A DNA stretch of 63,918 nt, filler included, from Octopus bimaculoides (Eukaryota): assembly GCF_001194135.2 (NCBI RefSeq). It is 7 parts of 6 records of this genome, joined end to end, with 100 filler letters (N's around TTAATTAATTAA, not from the genome) between each part and the next. Parts side by side here need not be neighbours in the genome. Positions count along the whole stretch, not along the records: positions 1 to 31,415 come from NC_068985.1; 6 more parts are not named here. One strand, given 5' to 3'. Below the pieces are notes generated by a model. That model was given only the letters and a program-made list of their open reading frames with translations, did not search any database and was not told the DNA's origin. This document shows positions 1-13,459 of the stretch, piece by piece; the first letter of the stretch is position 1; the number at the start of each line of letters is the position of its first letter. A program made the translations under genes and the position numbers.

Positions 1-876
1 CAATAAACAGTACATATATTGTGATTGTGATTGAGTGCATGTAACTTGTCTTGGTGTGTATAATATATATATATGTATATTAACACAAGCACACACAGAC
101 ACACACACATATATTCACCTATATATATACGTACTTATGTGCGTTTGCGCACGTGTGTGAATGCGTGTGTAAATGGGGTGATGCTTCATTTTGTGGTTCA
201 TGAAGTGAAGCATTGATTACTGAAGACACATATAATATAGCAGCAACGCCTCCAGTCATAATATACTAATTAAACTGAAGAATGATAATAAAAGTTGAAG
301 TTCTGATGTGCAGAGGTGTTGTCTACAATATTAGTTATATCATTCGTGATAAACCGATCGTTAACAAACATATCGTGGCTGGAAATATGCCATATTCTTT
401 GACTCGCTCGACGAAAATCATGATTATCGCTCTATCCGATTGTTTTGCCATGTATGGGCATTATTTTTTACGTTCTAAATACCACCTACTTAACATATTT
501 GCAATGGACAATGTGATCTTTCCAGATGACATCGTAGTCGCAATATTTTCAACCAAGGCCTCTATTATTATGCTATAAATCCAATAGATTTAATTTAACA
601 TTGTTTTGTTAGCATTTCCAACTAGCAGATCCACATGATTAACATTAAAATGATTTCCTTGATATGTTTGGCACGATAATGGTATGGAAGCTATTGCGTC
701 ATATTGAACTGCAGTGTAATGATAACTTTGTGGATTTAGTTCCATAAATCACTTTCATGCAACATGACATGAGAACATATTGCTTCATTATTTTTGTGGC
801 ATGTTACACACAAGATTGTGCTACGCCAATATCTGCGACTTTCTGAGACTGCACCACATCGCGTAAAGGGATGTCA

Positions 877-908
<32 letters not shown>

Positions 909-1322
909 NNNNNNNNNNNNNNNNNNNNNNNNNNNNNNNNNNNNNNNNNNNNNNNNNNNNNNNNNNNNNNNNNNNNNNNNNNNNNNNNNNNNNNNNNNNN
1001 NNNNNNNNNNNNNNNNNNNNNNNNNNNNNNNNNNNNNNNNNNNNNNNNNNNNNNNNNNNNNNNNNNNNNNNNNNNNNNNNNNNNNNNNNNNNNNNNNNNN
1101 NNNNNNNNNNNNNNNNNNNNNNNNNNNNNNNNNNNNNNNNNNNNNNNNNNNNNNNNNNNNNNNNNNNNNNNNNNNNNNNNNNNNNNNNNNNNNNNNNNNN
1201 NNNNNNNNNNNNNNNNNNNNNNNNNNNNNNNNNNNNNNGGTATATAAATATATATGTTTGTGTGTGTGTATGTGTACATATTTGTGTGTGCGTGTGTATG
1301 TATACATATATATATACTTTCA

Positions 1323-1653
1323 TTCTTTCACTTGCTACAGTCAGTTGACTGCGGCCATGCTGGACTTATTTTTTGTAAGCCTAGTATTTATTCTATCGGT
1401 TTCTTTTGCCGAATCGCTGATTTACGAGATCGTAAATATACCAACATCGGTTGTCAAATGACGGTGGTGAACAAACACAAATATTCAGTAAATACACACA
1501 TACACACACACACACACACAGAAACACATATATGTATGTATACGTCGGTTTTCTTTCAGTTTCTGTCTGTGAAATCCACTCACAAGGCTTTGGTTGGCCC
1601 AGTGGGATTGAAGCCGGGACCATGTGGTTGGTAATCAAGCTACGTACCACACA
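1323..1653 (-). mobile_element. SINE family A (tRNA-like head + CORE-like segment + internal (TG)n + CR1-like tail)
   Basis: Matches the fuller in-window copy at 38792-39192: tail ttgactgcggccatgctgg, body ttattctatcggt, head ccatgtggttggtaatcaagctac. Confidence 0.8.
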
Positions 1654-2099
1654 GACACACATAGACACACACACATATGTATATATATATACACACAGTC
1701 AGCCCCCCCCCATATATATATACACACACACGCATACATATACACACATGTATATGTACGAATATTTCTTTTAGGCAATATGATGCTAGCAACATGTAAA
1801 CTCCATATACATATGCTTTTCAACGAAGTGTTAGTTGAGTACAGGGTCGTCAAAGGAAAAGAAAGATGACAATGGTATAAGTGATTATCTTACAAAATTC
1901 ATTGGCTTACAGCTGTTTCCGCTATCGAATGCGGTCGACTCATATTTGAGTACCAGGATAACACATTATAGCTTAATATATGAGGCTCCAATGAACCTAT
2001 AAGATGCTACTCAGGCAGGCATCTCTGAGTCTACCGCATCTCATAGGCGAAACAGAATTAAGGCAATGATCTTTATAAGATAATATTATATACGTTTGT

Positions 2100-2135
<36 letters not shown>

Positions 2136-2136
2136 A

Positions 2137-3320
2137 CAGGATGCCCATAAAGTATTTTTATAATTAAAAAAATTATTACAAAAGCAATTGAAAAGAGGTC
2201 TTAATCAGACTTGTTCTATTGTACTCAGTGGTGTTCAAAGTTTTAAATCTCTTTGAATGTTCATGTTTTAGGTATCCTGCAGACTAAAGAGACATTTTTG
2301 GAATTAACCCCTAAGAAATGGCTACTTCGCAAGAGAAGGCACAATCTGTATCATGGTTTATTGAGATAAAATCGGATACGCCAATTCTAAACAAAACTAC
2401 AGAACAAACCATGAAAGAGATCCACCATGAAGTCGTTAATTCGTGCATGGCACAAGAAATTTATGGAGACGGGGATATTGTTAGATAGAAAGAGGTGTGG
2501 GCGACCGAGAAAATCTGAGGAAACATTGTTCTTGTAAGAGAATACGTTTCTTCATCTCCCACAAAGTCGAACTGCATTGCTGACAGACAGTTAGAGCTGC
2601 TACGTTCAACAGTACACAAGGTCCTACGCAAGCATCTGCGATTGTATGCTTACAAAGTGCTACTCCTTCCGGAAATTGAATCAAATGATAAACCAAGACG
2701 AGAAGAGTTTCCAGTTCACTTGCCGCAACTAATTTCTGAAGATTAAACGTTCCTCAAGTGAGTTTGTTTCATTGATGAGGCAACCTTTCCATCTTTCAGG
2801 GAAACTGAACAAACACAACATGAAAATCTTGGAATCAAAACACCCACACGTGATGCAGAATTTCAGCGAGACAGTCCCAAAGTGAATGTCTGGTGTGGGA
2901 TTATGTGCAATCGAATTATTGGTTCATTTTTCTTCAACGAGAGATCAATTACCGAAAATATCTACCTTGATCTTTTGACTGAATATGTGGCACCACAACT
3001 CCGGGACCTTTAACCGACCATCATTTTCCAGCAAGATGGTACCCACACCATTGGGGACTGCATGCTCGTGGGTGCCTCAATCAAACATTTCCAGAACATT
3101 GGACTGAACAGGATGGACCATTTCCGTGGCCACTACGCTCACCAGATATCACACACCTGGATTTCTTTCTACGGGAATATGTTAAAGATGTCATGTATCG
3201 AACAAAAATGTGGGATATTACTGAACTAGAGCGAAATATAACAGAAGCGATTGCAACCATTAATGAGACAATGCTTCAGCGAACATGCCAACAAATCCAG
3301 TACCGTCTTGATGTGCTTAT
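2137..3320 (+). mobile_element. Degenerate Tc1/mariner transposon, DD41D-type transposase pseudogene
   Basis: ATG at 2318: MATSQEKAQSVSWF...RAWHKKFMETG...GRP; then FIDEATF, KVNVWCGI, FQQDG, WPLRSPDITHLDFFL. Spacing D2-D3 is 41 aa after restoring a 1-nt deletion. Multiple frameshifts and stops. Left TIR-like caggatgcccataaagt follows a TA run; right end missing. Confidence 0.88.
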
Positions 3321-3419
3321 CCATGAATTAAGAAATAGAGTCAATCATTTATCTATATATATAATCACTTGTTGCTCAAATCAATTATATATATACATAA
3401 CCAAGTATATATATATTTT

Positions 3420-3590
3420 CGCAATACTGGATGAACCCACATCGCGGTAGGGGACACAAAGAAGAGCGGCAACGTTCAACTCGCTACTTCACCAGAAGCA
3501 ATACAGGAAAAATCCCCGGATGGAGTAAATGCGGTGCAGCATCAGCATGGCTTCAACCTGTGGCTGAAACCCATAAGAGATAAAAGAAAT
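3420..3590 (+). mobile_element. CR1-like LINE 3' end fragment
   Basis: ILDEPTSR*GTQRRAATFNSLLHQ (CR1-type ORF2 C-terminus) followed by tail cagcatggc...ctgaaac...taaaaga. Confidence 0.6.
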
Positions 3591-3613
3591 ACATACATAT
3601 ATACATATATATT

Positions 3614-3645
<32 letters not shown>

Positions 3646-4108
3646 NNNNNNNNNNNNNNNNNNNNNNNNNNNNNNNNNNNNNNNNNNNNNNNNNNNNNNN
3701 NNNNNNNNNNNNNNNNNNNNNNNNNNNNNNNNNNNNNNNNNNNNNNNNNNNNNNNNNNNNNNNNNNNNNNNNNNNNNNNNNNNNNNNNNNNNNNNNNNNN
3801 NNNNNNNNNNNNNNNNNNNNNNNNNNNNNNNNNNNNNNNNNNNNNNNNNNNNNNNNNNNNNNNNNNNNNNNNNNNNNNNNNNNNNNNNNNNNNNNNNNNN
3901 NNNNNNNNNNNNNNNNNNNNNNNNNNNNNNNNNNNNNNNNNNNNNNNNNNNNNNNNNNNNNNNNNNNNNNNNNNNNNNNNNNNNNNNNNNNNNNNNNNNN
4001 NNNNNNNNNNNNNNNNNNNNNNNNNNNNNNNNNNNNNNNNNNNNNNNNNNNNNNNNNNNNNNNNNNNNNNNNNNACACACACACACACACCCACGCAAAC
4101 ACACGCAC

Positions 4109-4139
<31 letters not shown>

Positions 4140-6129
4140 CATATGTGTATATATATTTGTAAATATATTCAAACACGCACAGAGACGCACATGCACACAC
4201 ATACACACACTCACAGGCACACACTAACACACACATACACACACTCATATATATAAAGTGAAAGTGTGACAGATCGATATAGAAATTCAGGTAAAAAGAC
4301 AGAGAGATAAGGAGACAGAGAGAGTGAAGGACAAATAAAATCCTTTAACGTCTACGGATCCGCTGTAATTTGTTATTTTATACTCTTATTGGAGAGATTT
4401 AGTTTTTTGTCTCTGGTGTTTCGATTTGCGTGAATGATATTAATTTCATTTTCTACTTGACATGAAATACACTCTATTTTCCTTCACAACAATACAAATT
4501 ATACTGTGTTATGAATAACATAATATTGATCTCGCCTTCAGAAATCTAAATAGTTCTTCGTACAATTATTGTCCAATAGAATTACTTGGTACCGAATAAA
4601 AAAATAATGTGATTTCTACTTACTGTAAATATAAATTTGCTCAGGTTATGCACTCCATGCCTGTTTCTTTTTCTGATTCAAATTAGCTGAATCAATAATT
4701 CATATAAAAACTACCTTTGATTCTGATAGAGTCAGTGAGTGAAAATATATACGCGAGGTGGACACATACAAGGACAGGAAAAGCTGTGCTACTTCCTTGT
4801 TATGTAATATCAGGTTGATTATGATTAAGGTGAAGTTTAACATTACGTTAATCAAGTATGCAGAAACATAGTGATTCGAAATGTGTATATTTATTTTAAA
4901 TGAATAATGAGTGTCCAACTATTGAATTGGTTCTAAATATTTTCCTCATCAGATGGAACAGAGTATATATTTCGGTCGCAGGGCCAGAAATAGATTGCGA
5001 CACTTCGGACGAAATTGTTCGTTCTTTGTTAAGTTCCGAAAAATGAAGCATAAGAAGAAAATGGACGTAGAAGTTGTGCTTGATGGTGCAAAAAATGATG
5101 AAAGTCTTGCAATAGAAAATGATGAATTAGGAGGCGAAACAGAGGATCGGTGACACGGACAAATGAGAGAAAAGAGTAATGATATTGTTATGGAATTAGA
5201 GTATTGTATATGGAAGATGCATAGGGATCTGGAGTTGAATTAAAGAGTGGTATCCGCATTGTTCATTTGTATATAGGACGGGAGATTAACAGTAGAATTC
5301 ATAACATGAGCCTGACAGAGTGCTAGATACAAAGCATATCGACAAGGATTGGGTAGAACAAAGTGCCGCGTGATAGTGCAAAACAATGTTATTTAATCAA
5401 CCTCGAAAATTTGAGAAATTAAATGATTGGGAAAGTTTGGCGTTTCCAGCGGGAAAGGATGGACAGTGGAAGGGAAACACTATACATTTTTGATGATGAA
5501 TCTGATTTGAGGGGTTATTTTGTAGCTTGTTAGCAATCTAACATTGACTAGTGCAATTTATACATTTGTTTGTAAATGGGAAAGCTGAAAACTTTACGAT
5601 TCTAACTGCTACAAAGGCCAAAGAAATAGAACATCATTCAACGAAGTTTATTAATAATTGAAAGCAAATAACATTTGTAACAAACAGCTTTACACAGAGG
5701 TACTCAAAAAGCTATTTCCCATATAATTATACGATGAATTATTGAATGAATATCGCAACAGAAGGGCACAGTTAACACACCTCACACACTCTAAAAATGA
5801 CAGGATAGTTTGTATAAACACAGGTCATCCTCTATAAAATAACAGGTTCGAAACACAGCACATCCTGTAGATTATGCTGAGATAACCTGGTTACGCTAAT
5901 GAAAATGAATTTAGCAACTTTATTATTACATACGAACAGGAAATAAGAGATACACTGATAAGAAGCGATCAAAATTATACTAAAAGAAAATAGTAGATCG
6001 AAAATCATTCGAACCCTTAATATATCATATTTAAAAATAATGACTTTCCCATAAATAGACAATTCTTGGGGATTTGTGTAACTGAATCAGTATTTTAGCA
6101 TACTGGACCAATTTCAAGATCAAATTTGC

Positions 6130-6460
6130 TGCTGAGACCCCTTTCGGTCATGGCTGGCCATGGGATGGCACCTAGAAAGTTACCCTTCCAGGCACAAGTC
6201 AGGGTAAGGTTGTTAATGGAAGACTAGCAGTCGCCCATGCATACCGGTCTCTCCTCTTCACGCCACCAGTGTTATCCAAGGAAAAGGCAAAGGCTGAAAC
6301 AGCTTGGCACTTGTGACGTCGCAACTCATTTCTACAGCTGAGTGAACTGGAGCAACGTGAAATAAAGTGTCTTGCCCAAGAACACAACACGCAGCCGGGT
6401 CCTGGATTCGAATTCACAAGATCACGATCGTAAGCTCGACTCTCTAACCACTGAGCCATG
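6130..6460 (-). mobile_element. SINE family C (tRNA-derived head, ttgggcaagacactttatttcacgttgctcc core)
   Basis: A-box TGGCTCAGTGG and B-box-like GAATTCGAATCC on the minus strand; the core is shared with 30850-31061 and 44465-44710. Confidence 0.8.
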
Positions 6461-9007
6461 GTCAAATTTATAAATAATAATAACTCCAATGAAGAGTAAT
6501 ACTCTTTGAATTTTTCCATGAGTATTCTCTAAATCTTTTACACATGGAGTGTTTCTTTGCGACATCAGAATTTTGATTTTTTTCTTTATTCCAATCAAAT
6601 CCCTCATGCCCGCTTACTGTCAGGTTTTATTTCTATTCTATATAAGAAAATAGTTGCAACGTAAGCCTTTTGATAAACATTGCTTCTTTGGTTCTTTATA
6701 TAAAATATCTGTTGTCCTTTACGTTTTGCATATTTGAAATTGGATTCAGTTTAACTGTCAGATTCCGATCAGCCCTTGATGAATACTTCAGCGAACTTTG
6801 TTTTATCATGACACTCATTGACGACACGTCTGCATAATGCCACAATAACTTAGTACTTGGGGTTAGTTTTGTATTACTGATCAACATAGACTTTCTGATA
6901 AAAATGGTGTGCTTGCTTCTTTATATAATCTATCGGTTGTCCTTTACATTTTATCTATTTCAAATTGGATTCCGTTCGACTGTCAGTTTGCTATCAGACC
7001 TTGATGAATGCTGTAGTGAAGTTGGTTTTATCATCACAATCTCATTCGTAACGCATCGAATTTTAGCCACAATAATTTAATACTCGGCGACTGTTTTGTA
7101 TGATTGATCCAATATATTCATACTAAGATATTCTTTAAACAATGTTATAATAAATCTTTTTTATAAATATACCTTCGACGGAGACTTTTGAATAGAAAAA
7201 CAATAATAGTTTTCTTATAATATACAAAGCTTCCCACCGTACTTTATATATTTAGGAATGCATTCCATTTCATAAACTAATTTTCTTGCAGCTCCTTAAT
7301 ACAAGAGTTAAATTAGATTTCATCCGTACAATTCAGTTCAAAAATTCCTACTTCGTATTCTTAGAAGTTCATTTCGAGACTAATATCAAAATTGAACTTG
7401 CAATATATAAATTCTAACATTTCTGCATAAATCTGCATTTCGATTGAAATTTCATGGAAACCAGATACTTCGTCTCTATTGTCTGCACGTTTAACCTACA
7501 GACTATACAAGAATCAAATATTGAAATTTACAATGTAAACATTCCTTCCAAAGTAACATAAAACAATTAATACATTTAATAGGATCAAAAATTCGTCCAT
7601 GAAAGAAAACAAAATTAAAACAGCTATAACTTAGAAAGAAAGAAAATAATGATTGAATTTATGAGTGATGTAAACCTCAATATTCGAAAGTTCAGAAAGC
7701 CAGTTTATTACAGACAGAAAGGCTGAGAGTTGAAAAGGGAAACTAGATTTTACATATACACATAAGGCGCACAACACTTAACACTTCGAAAATGTAATTC
7801 ATATATGAATCTATCATTGTGAAATAAATAAAAGGGAGACGTCCGTGTGTGAGCAAAACACGCCTCCGAATAATTTACAAAAGAAACAGCTGAGTTTTCC
7901 TGCAGCATTTCGGCAAATCCATTAAATAAATGATCTACAAAATATCATGTATTTATTAACATGTATAAAATGAAGAGGGCATGTTGTAACAGACAAACAT
8001 ATATACACACGTTCATGAATACATACACATGCATTTATATATATATATATATATATATNNNNNNNNNNNNNNNNNNNNNNNNNNNNNNNNNNNNNNNNNN
8101 NNNNNNNNNNNNNNNNNNNNNNNNNNNNNNNNNNNNNNNNNNNNNNNNNNNNNNNNNNNNNNNNNNNNNNNNNNNNNNNNNNNNNNNNNNNNNNNNNNNN
8201 NNNNNNNNNNNNNNNNNNNNNNNNNNNNNNNNNNNNNNNNNNNNNNNNNNNNNNNNNNNNNNNNNNNNNNNNNNNNNNNNNNNNNNNNNNNNNNNNNNNN
8301 NNNNNNNNNNNNNNNNNNNNNNNNNNNNNATATGTATGTATGTATGTATGGTATGTAAAGTATATATATATATACTAGTGTCACCAAAACCTGTTCCCTC
8401 AATCCTTTAGGGTGGAGATCTCCTTGCCAAGGGGAACCCAACGCACTATGGCCCAAAACCCTCCTGCCACACCACTACATGCATCAACATGCAAGTTGTG
8501 CAAGATGAGTTGCAATGGAATGTCGTTAGTACTTATGTCATTAGAGTTCTAAACACTGCATCTAGCATTGCTCTCTTTCGCTAGGAATAATCATTGAGTT
8601 CGGAGACCTAGCTTCCTCTGCTTCATCCGCTGTTGGGGGTCTTAGATTGGTGTAGTGAAGTAAAAGGACAGCGCTCCTGTGCCTTTGTTTGAACAGATCA
8701 TGTTTTTATTTCTGATTGGTGCGCTCACACGATCCTCCAAGATCCAGCAGGCTCAACCAGCAGGGACGCCAGTTTAGTCTCCGACGACCCGACTATGACT
8801 GAGAGAATCGTGTGTACATGATAAAATCGTGTGTACTGTTGTCTCCAGAAAGAAACCTCAGCACCACACACAGACACGCACTCGTACACACACACAGAAA
8901 TGTACACACATACACGCTCACACACACACACACACACATACACAAACACACACACAAACACACACATACATATATATATATATATGCATATACATCTATG
9001 TATATTA

Positions 9008-9165
9008 AGACGACTTCTTTGAGTTTCCGTTTACCAAATTCATTCAGAGGGCTTAGGTCAGCCTGTTACGGCAGAAGGCATCTGTCAAAGGTGCCACGCA
9101 GTGGGGTTGAACCTGGAACCATTTAGTTGAGAAACGATCTTCTTCCCACACAGAAACACCTGCGC
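9008..9165 (-). mobile_element. SINE family A head/core fragment
   Basis: aaggtgccacgcagtgg...gaacctggaacc and tttccgtttaccaaattc match family A. Confidence 0.7.
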
Positions 9166-9343
9166 CTACGTATATAATGCAAAACGTCATGTTATGAAAC
9201 ACATCAAGAACGTGCTTGTTTGACAATAATCAATCATAGACATTTAAATTTAACGAATCATGTTTCAGGTATTCATTGAGAGAAATGTTCATCGTCTAAA
9301 GCCACGTAACTCCCATAATATACATATACATATAAATAAATAA

Positions 9344-9424
<81 letters not shown>

Positions 9425-9476
9425 TTGGTATATATAAATACAGAGATGCGAATATGTAAAAATATATGTATATATG

Positions 9477-9508
<32 letters not shown>

Positions 9509-10742
9509 GGTAGGTACGTTGGTAGGTAGGTATATACATATATGCATGTGTATTTGCATGTGCCTCTATGCGAGGATATGATATACTGAGGGTATTATTG
9601 CTTGATTGGATATAAAAGAAAGCACATGTTTACATAATTTGCGCTAGGTTATGAGATTGAAATCATGAAACGACATAAAAATTTCACTGCTGAAAAGCAT
9701 TTATAAGAATTTTGATAGTCTATGAAGCTGAAAGATAAATTGTCACCACAGGAAAAGGAGAGAAAAGATTGCTAATACGAAAACTTATTAGCCCGCGAAA
9801 AAATGATTTCAATTAATTCACTCTCATTTTTTAGCGAATAAAGTCGTCTTAGATATTATAAGCTTAATTTATAATCGGGAATTTGTAATCTAGGATCTTC
9901 ACAGGCGCCAGAAGCTAAAATTAGATACAAAAGTTTGTACAGAGAGGATTCATAATTAAACTCGTCTTAATGTCAGTTTTGTTCGAGTGTAAATTTTGTG
10001 ACAAAATAAAATAGCTCTGGTAAAGAAAACAGATTTTATGCACTTCCCCTACCCACACAACAACAAAAACATCACTGAAACTGACAAAAAATAGCTTTGA
10101 GAAGAGAATGTTTAAAAAACAAATATTGAAAAGTGATATTCTAATGAATGTTTATTTAAAGTTTATGTTACTTCAACATATACATTTTTAAGGGAGGAAA
10201 TTTTGTTTAATAAGTTTAAAAGAGGTCAGAAGGAAGGAAATTATATCAGTGTATATAACATACAAACACAAACACACACGTATACGCGTATATGTGTGTA
10301 TGATGTATATATATACATATATATATATATNNNNNNNNNNNNNNNNNNNNNNNNNNNNNNNNNNNNNNNNNNNNNNNNNNNNNNNNNNNNNNNNNNNNNN
10401 NNNNNNNNNNNNNNNNNNNNNNNNNNNNNNNNNNNNNNNNNNNNNNNNNNNNNNNNNNNNNNNNNNNNNNNNNNNNNNNNNNNNNNNNNNNNNNNNNNNN
10501 NNNNNNNNNNNNNNNNNNNNNNNNNNNNNNNNNNNNNNNNNNNNNNNNNNNNNNNNNNNNNNNNNNNNNNNNNNNNNNNNNNNNNNNNNNNNNNNNNNNN
10601 NNNNNNNNNNNNNNNNNNNNNNNNNNNNNNNNNNNNNNNNNNNNNNNNNNNNNNNNNNNNNNNNNNNNNNNNNNNNNNNNNNNNNNNNNNNNNNNNNNNN
10701 NNNNNNNNNNNNNNNNNNNNNNNNNNNNNNNNNNNNNNNNNN

Positions 10743-10776
<34 letters not shown>

Positions 10777-11440
10777 AAAAACGGAAATACAAAGAGCTAC
10801 GTATCATAGCGCTTGAAACTCACGATGAGACAATACAAAACTCTGAGTAATGAAATGCTTGAACTATAAACCTGCATTCTCTGTGTTTTATTCTTTATTG
10901 TTATTTAGTTATTCATATCTATTTTCACTTTTCTCTTATCCCATATTATGATGAAGAGACGTGCCCCACGATGATTGTACTTCACAGGCACGCACTCTCA
11001 CATACACACACACATAAACACGCTCACACGCTCAAAGACACACAGTTACATATATATTCATATATTCGCTTGTCCGTATTTTCTTACGTATATGAATGTG
11101 TGACGATATTTCGGTATGCCTGTGTGTTGTTTCGAGTGGCAATACATACTGAGATCAAAAGTTTGGCTGTGTAAATTTATTCTTAAATATCCAAAATTTA
11201 ACCTCGTTCTAGTTTTCGAATTTCGTTGATAAATTTATAAGCTCTTAAGGAATTTGGTTCAGAAATATAAATAAAACAAACATAAATTCACAATGGAAAG
11301 GGAGAATAACATTCGTAAATTTACTGAACAGAATCGACAAATATATTCCAGTAAAATATACAGATCCGTTTCAAGAAGCTGTGAGGGTTTTCTCTGTGTG
11401 TGTGTGTGTGTGTTTGTACGGGTCTTTATANNNNNNNNNN

Positions 11441-11488
<48 letters not shown>

Positions 11489-11852
11489 TACGGGTCTTTA
11501 TATGTGTTTTTGTTTTCTAAACAATTTCATTAATTCAAACTCAGAATGATGTAATAAGGATGACCTTCATTTCTTTAATTACATGTTGAGATATTTTATG
11601 TACACAGATTGAACTTTTCAAGGATGTGTTATATTAATACGTACATAGGCATATGTATCCATGACTATCTATCTCCCTTCATCACTCCCTCTTTCTCTCC
11701 CTCTCTCTTTATCTTTTTGCTACCAGTGGTCTAACGAGAAGAAAAAACTACTCAATAGACTATATATTATTCATATAAATCCACGAAAAATGATAACATA
11801 AGCACGAGGCATGTTCTATGTATTGTCTCGTATTTATCTCTTAATCTCTGCA

Positions 11853-11925
11853 TTCCTGCTGATGATAACTGTTCTGGCAAATTATTGTATTTTGCTAAAA
11901 ATAGCTTGAAACGTTGGTTCAGGAA
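11853..11925 (+). ncRNA. Putative minimal type I hammerhead ribozyme (PLE-type), stem I interrupted
   Basis: CTGATGA at 11859-65; long stem II (aactgtt/aatagctt, ggcaaa/tttgct); GAAA at 11908-11; CG-TT cleavage motif; ttcctg/caggaa stem I offset by 4 nt. Confidence 0.55.
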
Positions 11926-11929
11926 ATAG

Positions 11930-12059
11930 ATGGTAAATGTTTTTATTTTTCATTCCCTTTCGAAATTATCCCTAAACGTGTTTTGGGGTTTGACTGCTCC
12001 TTCTAGCGGGTTAGATTTTCGATCATGGACATCTCTCTTATGTGTTTAAATGTACACTG

Positions 12060-12062
<3 letters not shown>
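11930..12062 (+). repeat. Interspersed repeat (likely PLE terminal-repeat/retrozyme body), second copy at 16025-16165
   Basis: ggtaaatgttt...ttttcattccc...gactgctcct(t/a)ctagcgggttagat...atggacatctct...atgtgtttaaatgtaca shared between the two loci; this copy follows a hammerhead motif. Confidence 0.7.
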
Positions 12063-12090
<28 letters not shown>

Positions 12091-12283
12091 NNNNNNNNNN
12101 NNNNNNNNNNNNNNNNNNNNNNNNNNNNNNNNNNNNNNNNNNNNNNNNNNNNNNNNNNNNNNNNNNNNNNNNNNNNNNNNNNNNNNNNNNNNNNNNNNNN
12201 NNNNNNNNNNNNNNNNNNNNNNNNNNNNNNNNNNNNNNNNNNNNNNNNNNNNNNNNNNNNNNNNNNNNNNNNNNNNNNNNNAT

Positions 12284-12314
<31 letters not shown>

Positions 12315-12887
12315 AATATTTATGTATACTCCTTCGAGAATTATTTAGCACAGACCCCATAATTTACCAAGAACAGAGGACTTATCACCATTTTTGTGAA
12401 GCTTTTAGTATTTTCTTGACCTTTTTCTCACTTCACAGAATTTCATAAATTTTCCTTTTTCAAATTTCAGTTTAAAGCGTACTTGCTGCATATGAAGTAC
12501 GCGGCTCCTACGAACTGTTACACACTCACATGAACAGAAAATTGCACATTGTTGTCGTCCTTTCATGCACTCATCATTTCGTAAACCGCTCAGCTTCACT
12601 CTCCTATTCCACACCACATCTCTAACAATAGTACAGGTACACTAGCAATCACTACCGTACTAATAATTGCCAGTGCACGCTTGAATATCTCAAAACAAAG
12701 ACATGTACCAAACTTGCTCTCATACTAGATGTAGCAACAACTGTACTCAGAAAAAACATTTATATTTTTCTACACACACGTCACTTCTTCTATCCCAAAG
12801 CACAGCATTCCCACCTACTTTCTGTGGTCGGTTTGTCTTACATTATGTATTCCAGTTTTTCATTTCCTCTGTACATCCCTCTGTTTT

Positions 12888-12925
12888 TCTTCTGCTAATT
12901 GGCTAACGCCCGAAACGTTACCTCG
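12888..12925 (+). ncRNA. Decayed hammerhead-like relic
   Basis: ctgctaa (from ctgatga?) tt ggc-taac-gcc c GAAACGTT; core mutated, probably inactive. Confidence 0.3.
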
Positions 12926-13017
12926 TGTTTTCTTTCCATTCAAGCTTTAAGCTAATCTTTTATCCATGACAATTTCTTACAACTATGTTGTCTTCTTTGT
13001 TCTTACTTGTGCCTGCT

Positions 13018-13090
<73 letters not shown>

Positions 13091-13359
13091 NNNNNNNNNN
13101 NNNNNNNNNNNNNNNNNNNNNNNNNNNNNNNNNNNNNNNNNNNNNNNNNNNNNNNNNNNNNNNNNNNNNNNNNNNNNNNNNNNNNNNNNNNNNNNNNNNN
13201 NNNNNNNNNNNNNNNNNNNNNNNNNNNNNNNNNNNNNNNNNNNNNNNNNNNNNNNNNNNNNNNNNNNNNNNNNNNNNNNNNNNNNNNNNNNNNNNNNNNN
13301 NNNNNNNNNNNNNNNNNNNNNNNNNNNNNNNNNNNNNNNNNNNNNNNNNNNNNNNNNNN

Positions 13360-13408
<49 letters not shown>

Positions 13409-13415
13409 ATGTGTG

Positions 13416-13456
<41 letters not shown>

Positions 13457-13459
<3 letters not shown>

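Noticed and set aside
4953-5153. Acidic/basic 66-aa ORF
   Set aside because: No family resemblance or splice support; possibly an old TE remnant.
6380-6460. tRNA genes at SINE heads (also 34452-34530, 39120-39190)
   Set aside because: A/B boxes are present but there is no complete cloverleaf, and each continues into a repeat body.
8390-8870. Higher-GC block between microsatellites
   Set aside because: Probably a repeat fragment, but no motif, ORF or in-window homolog allowed a call.
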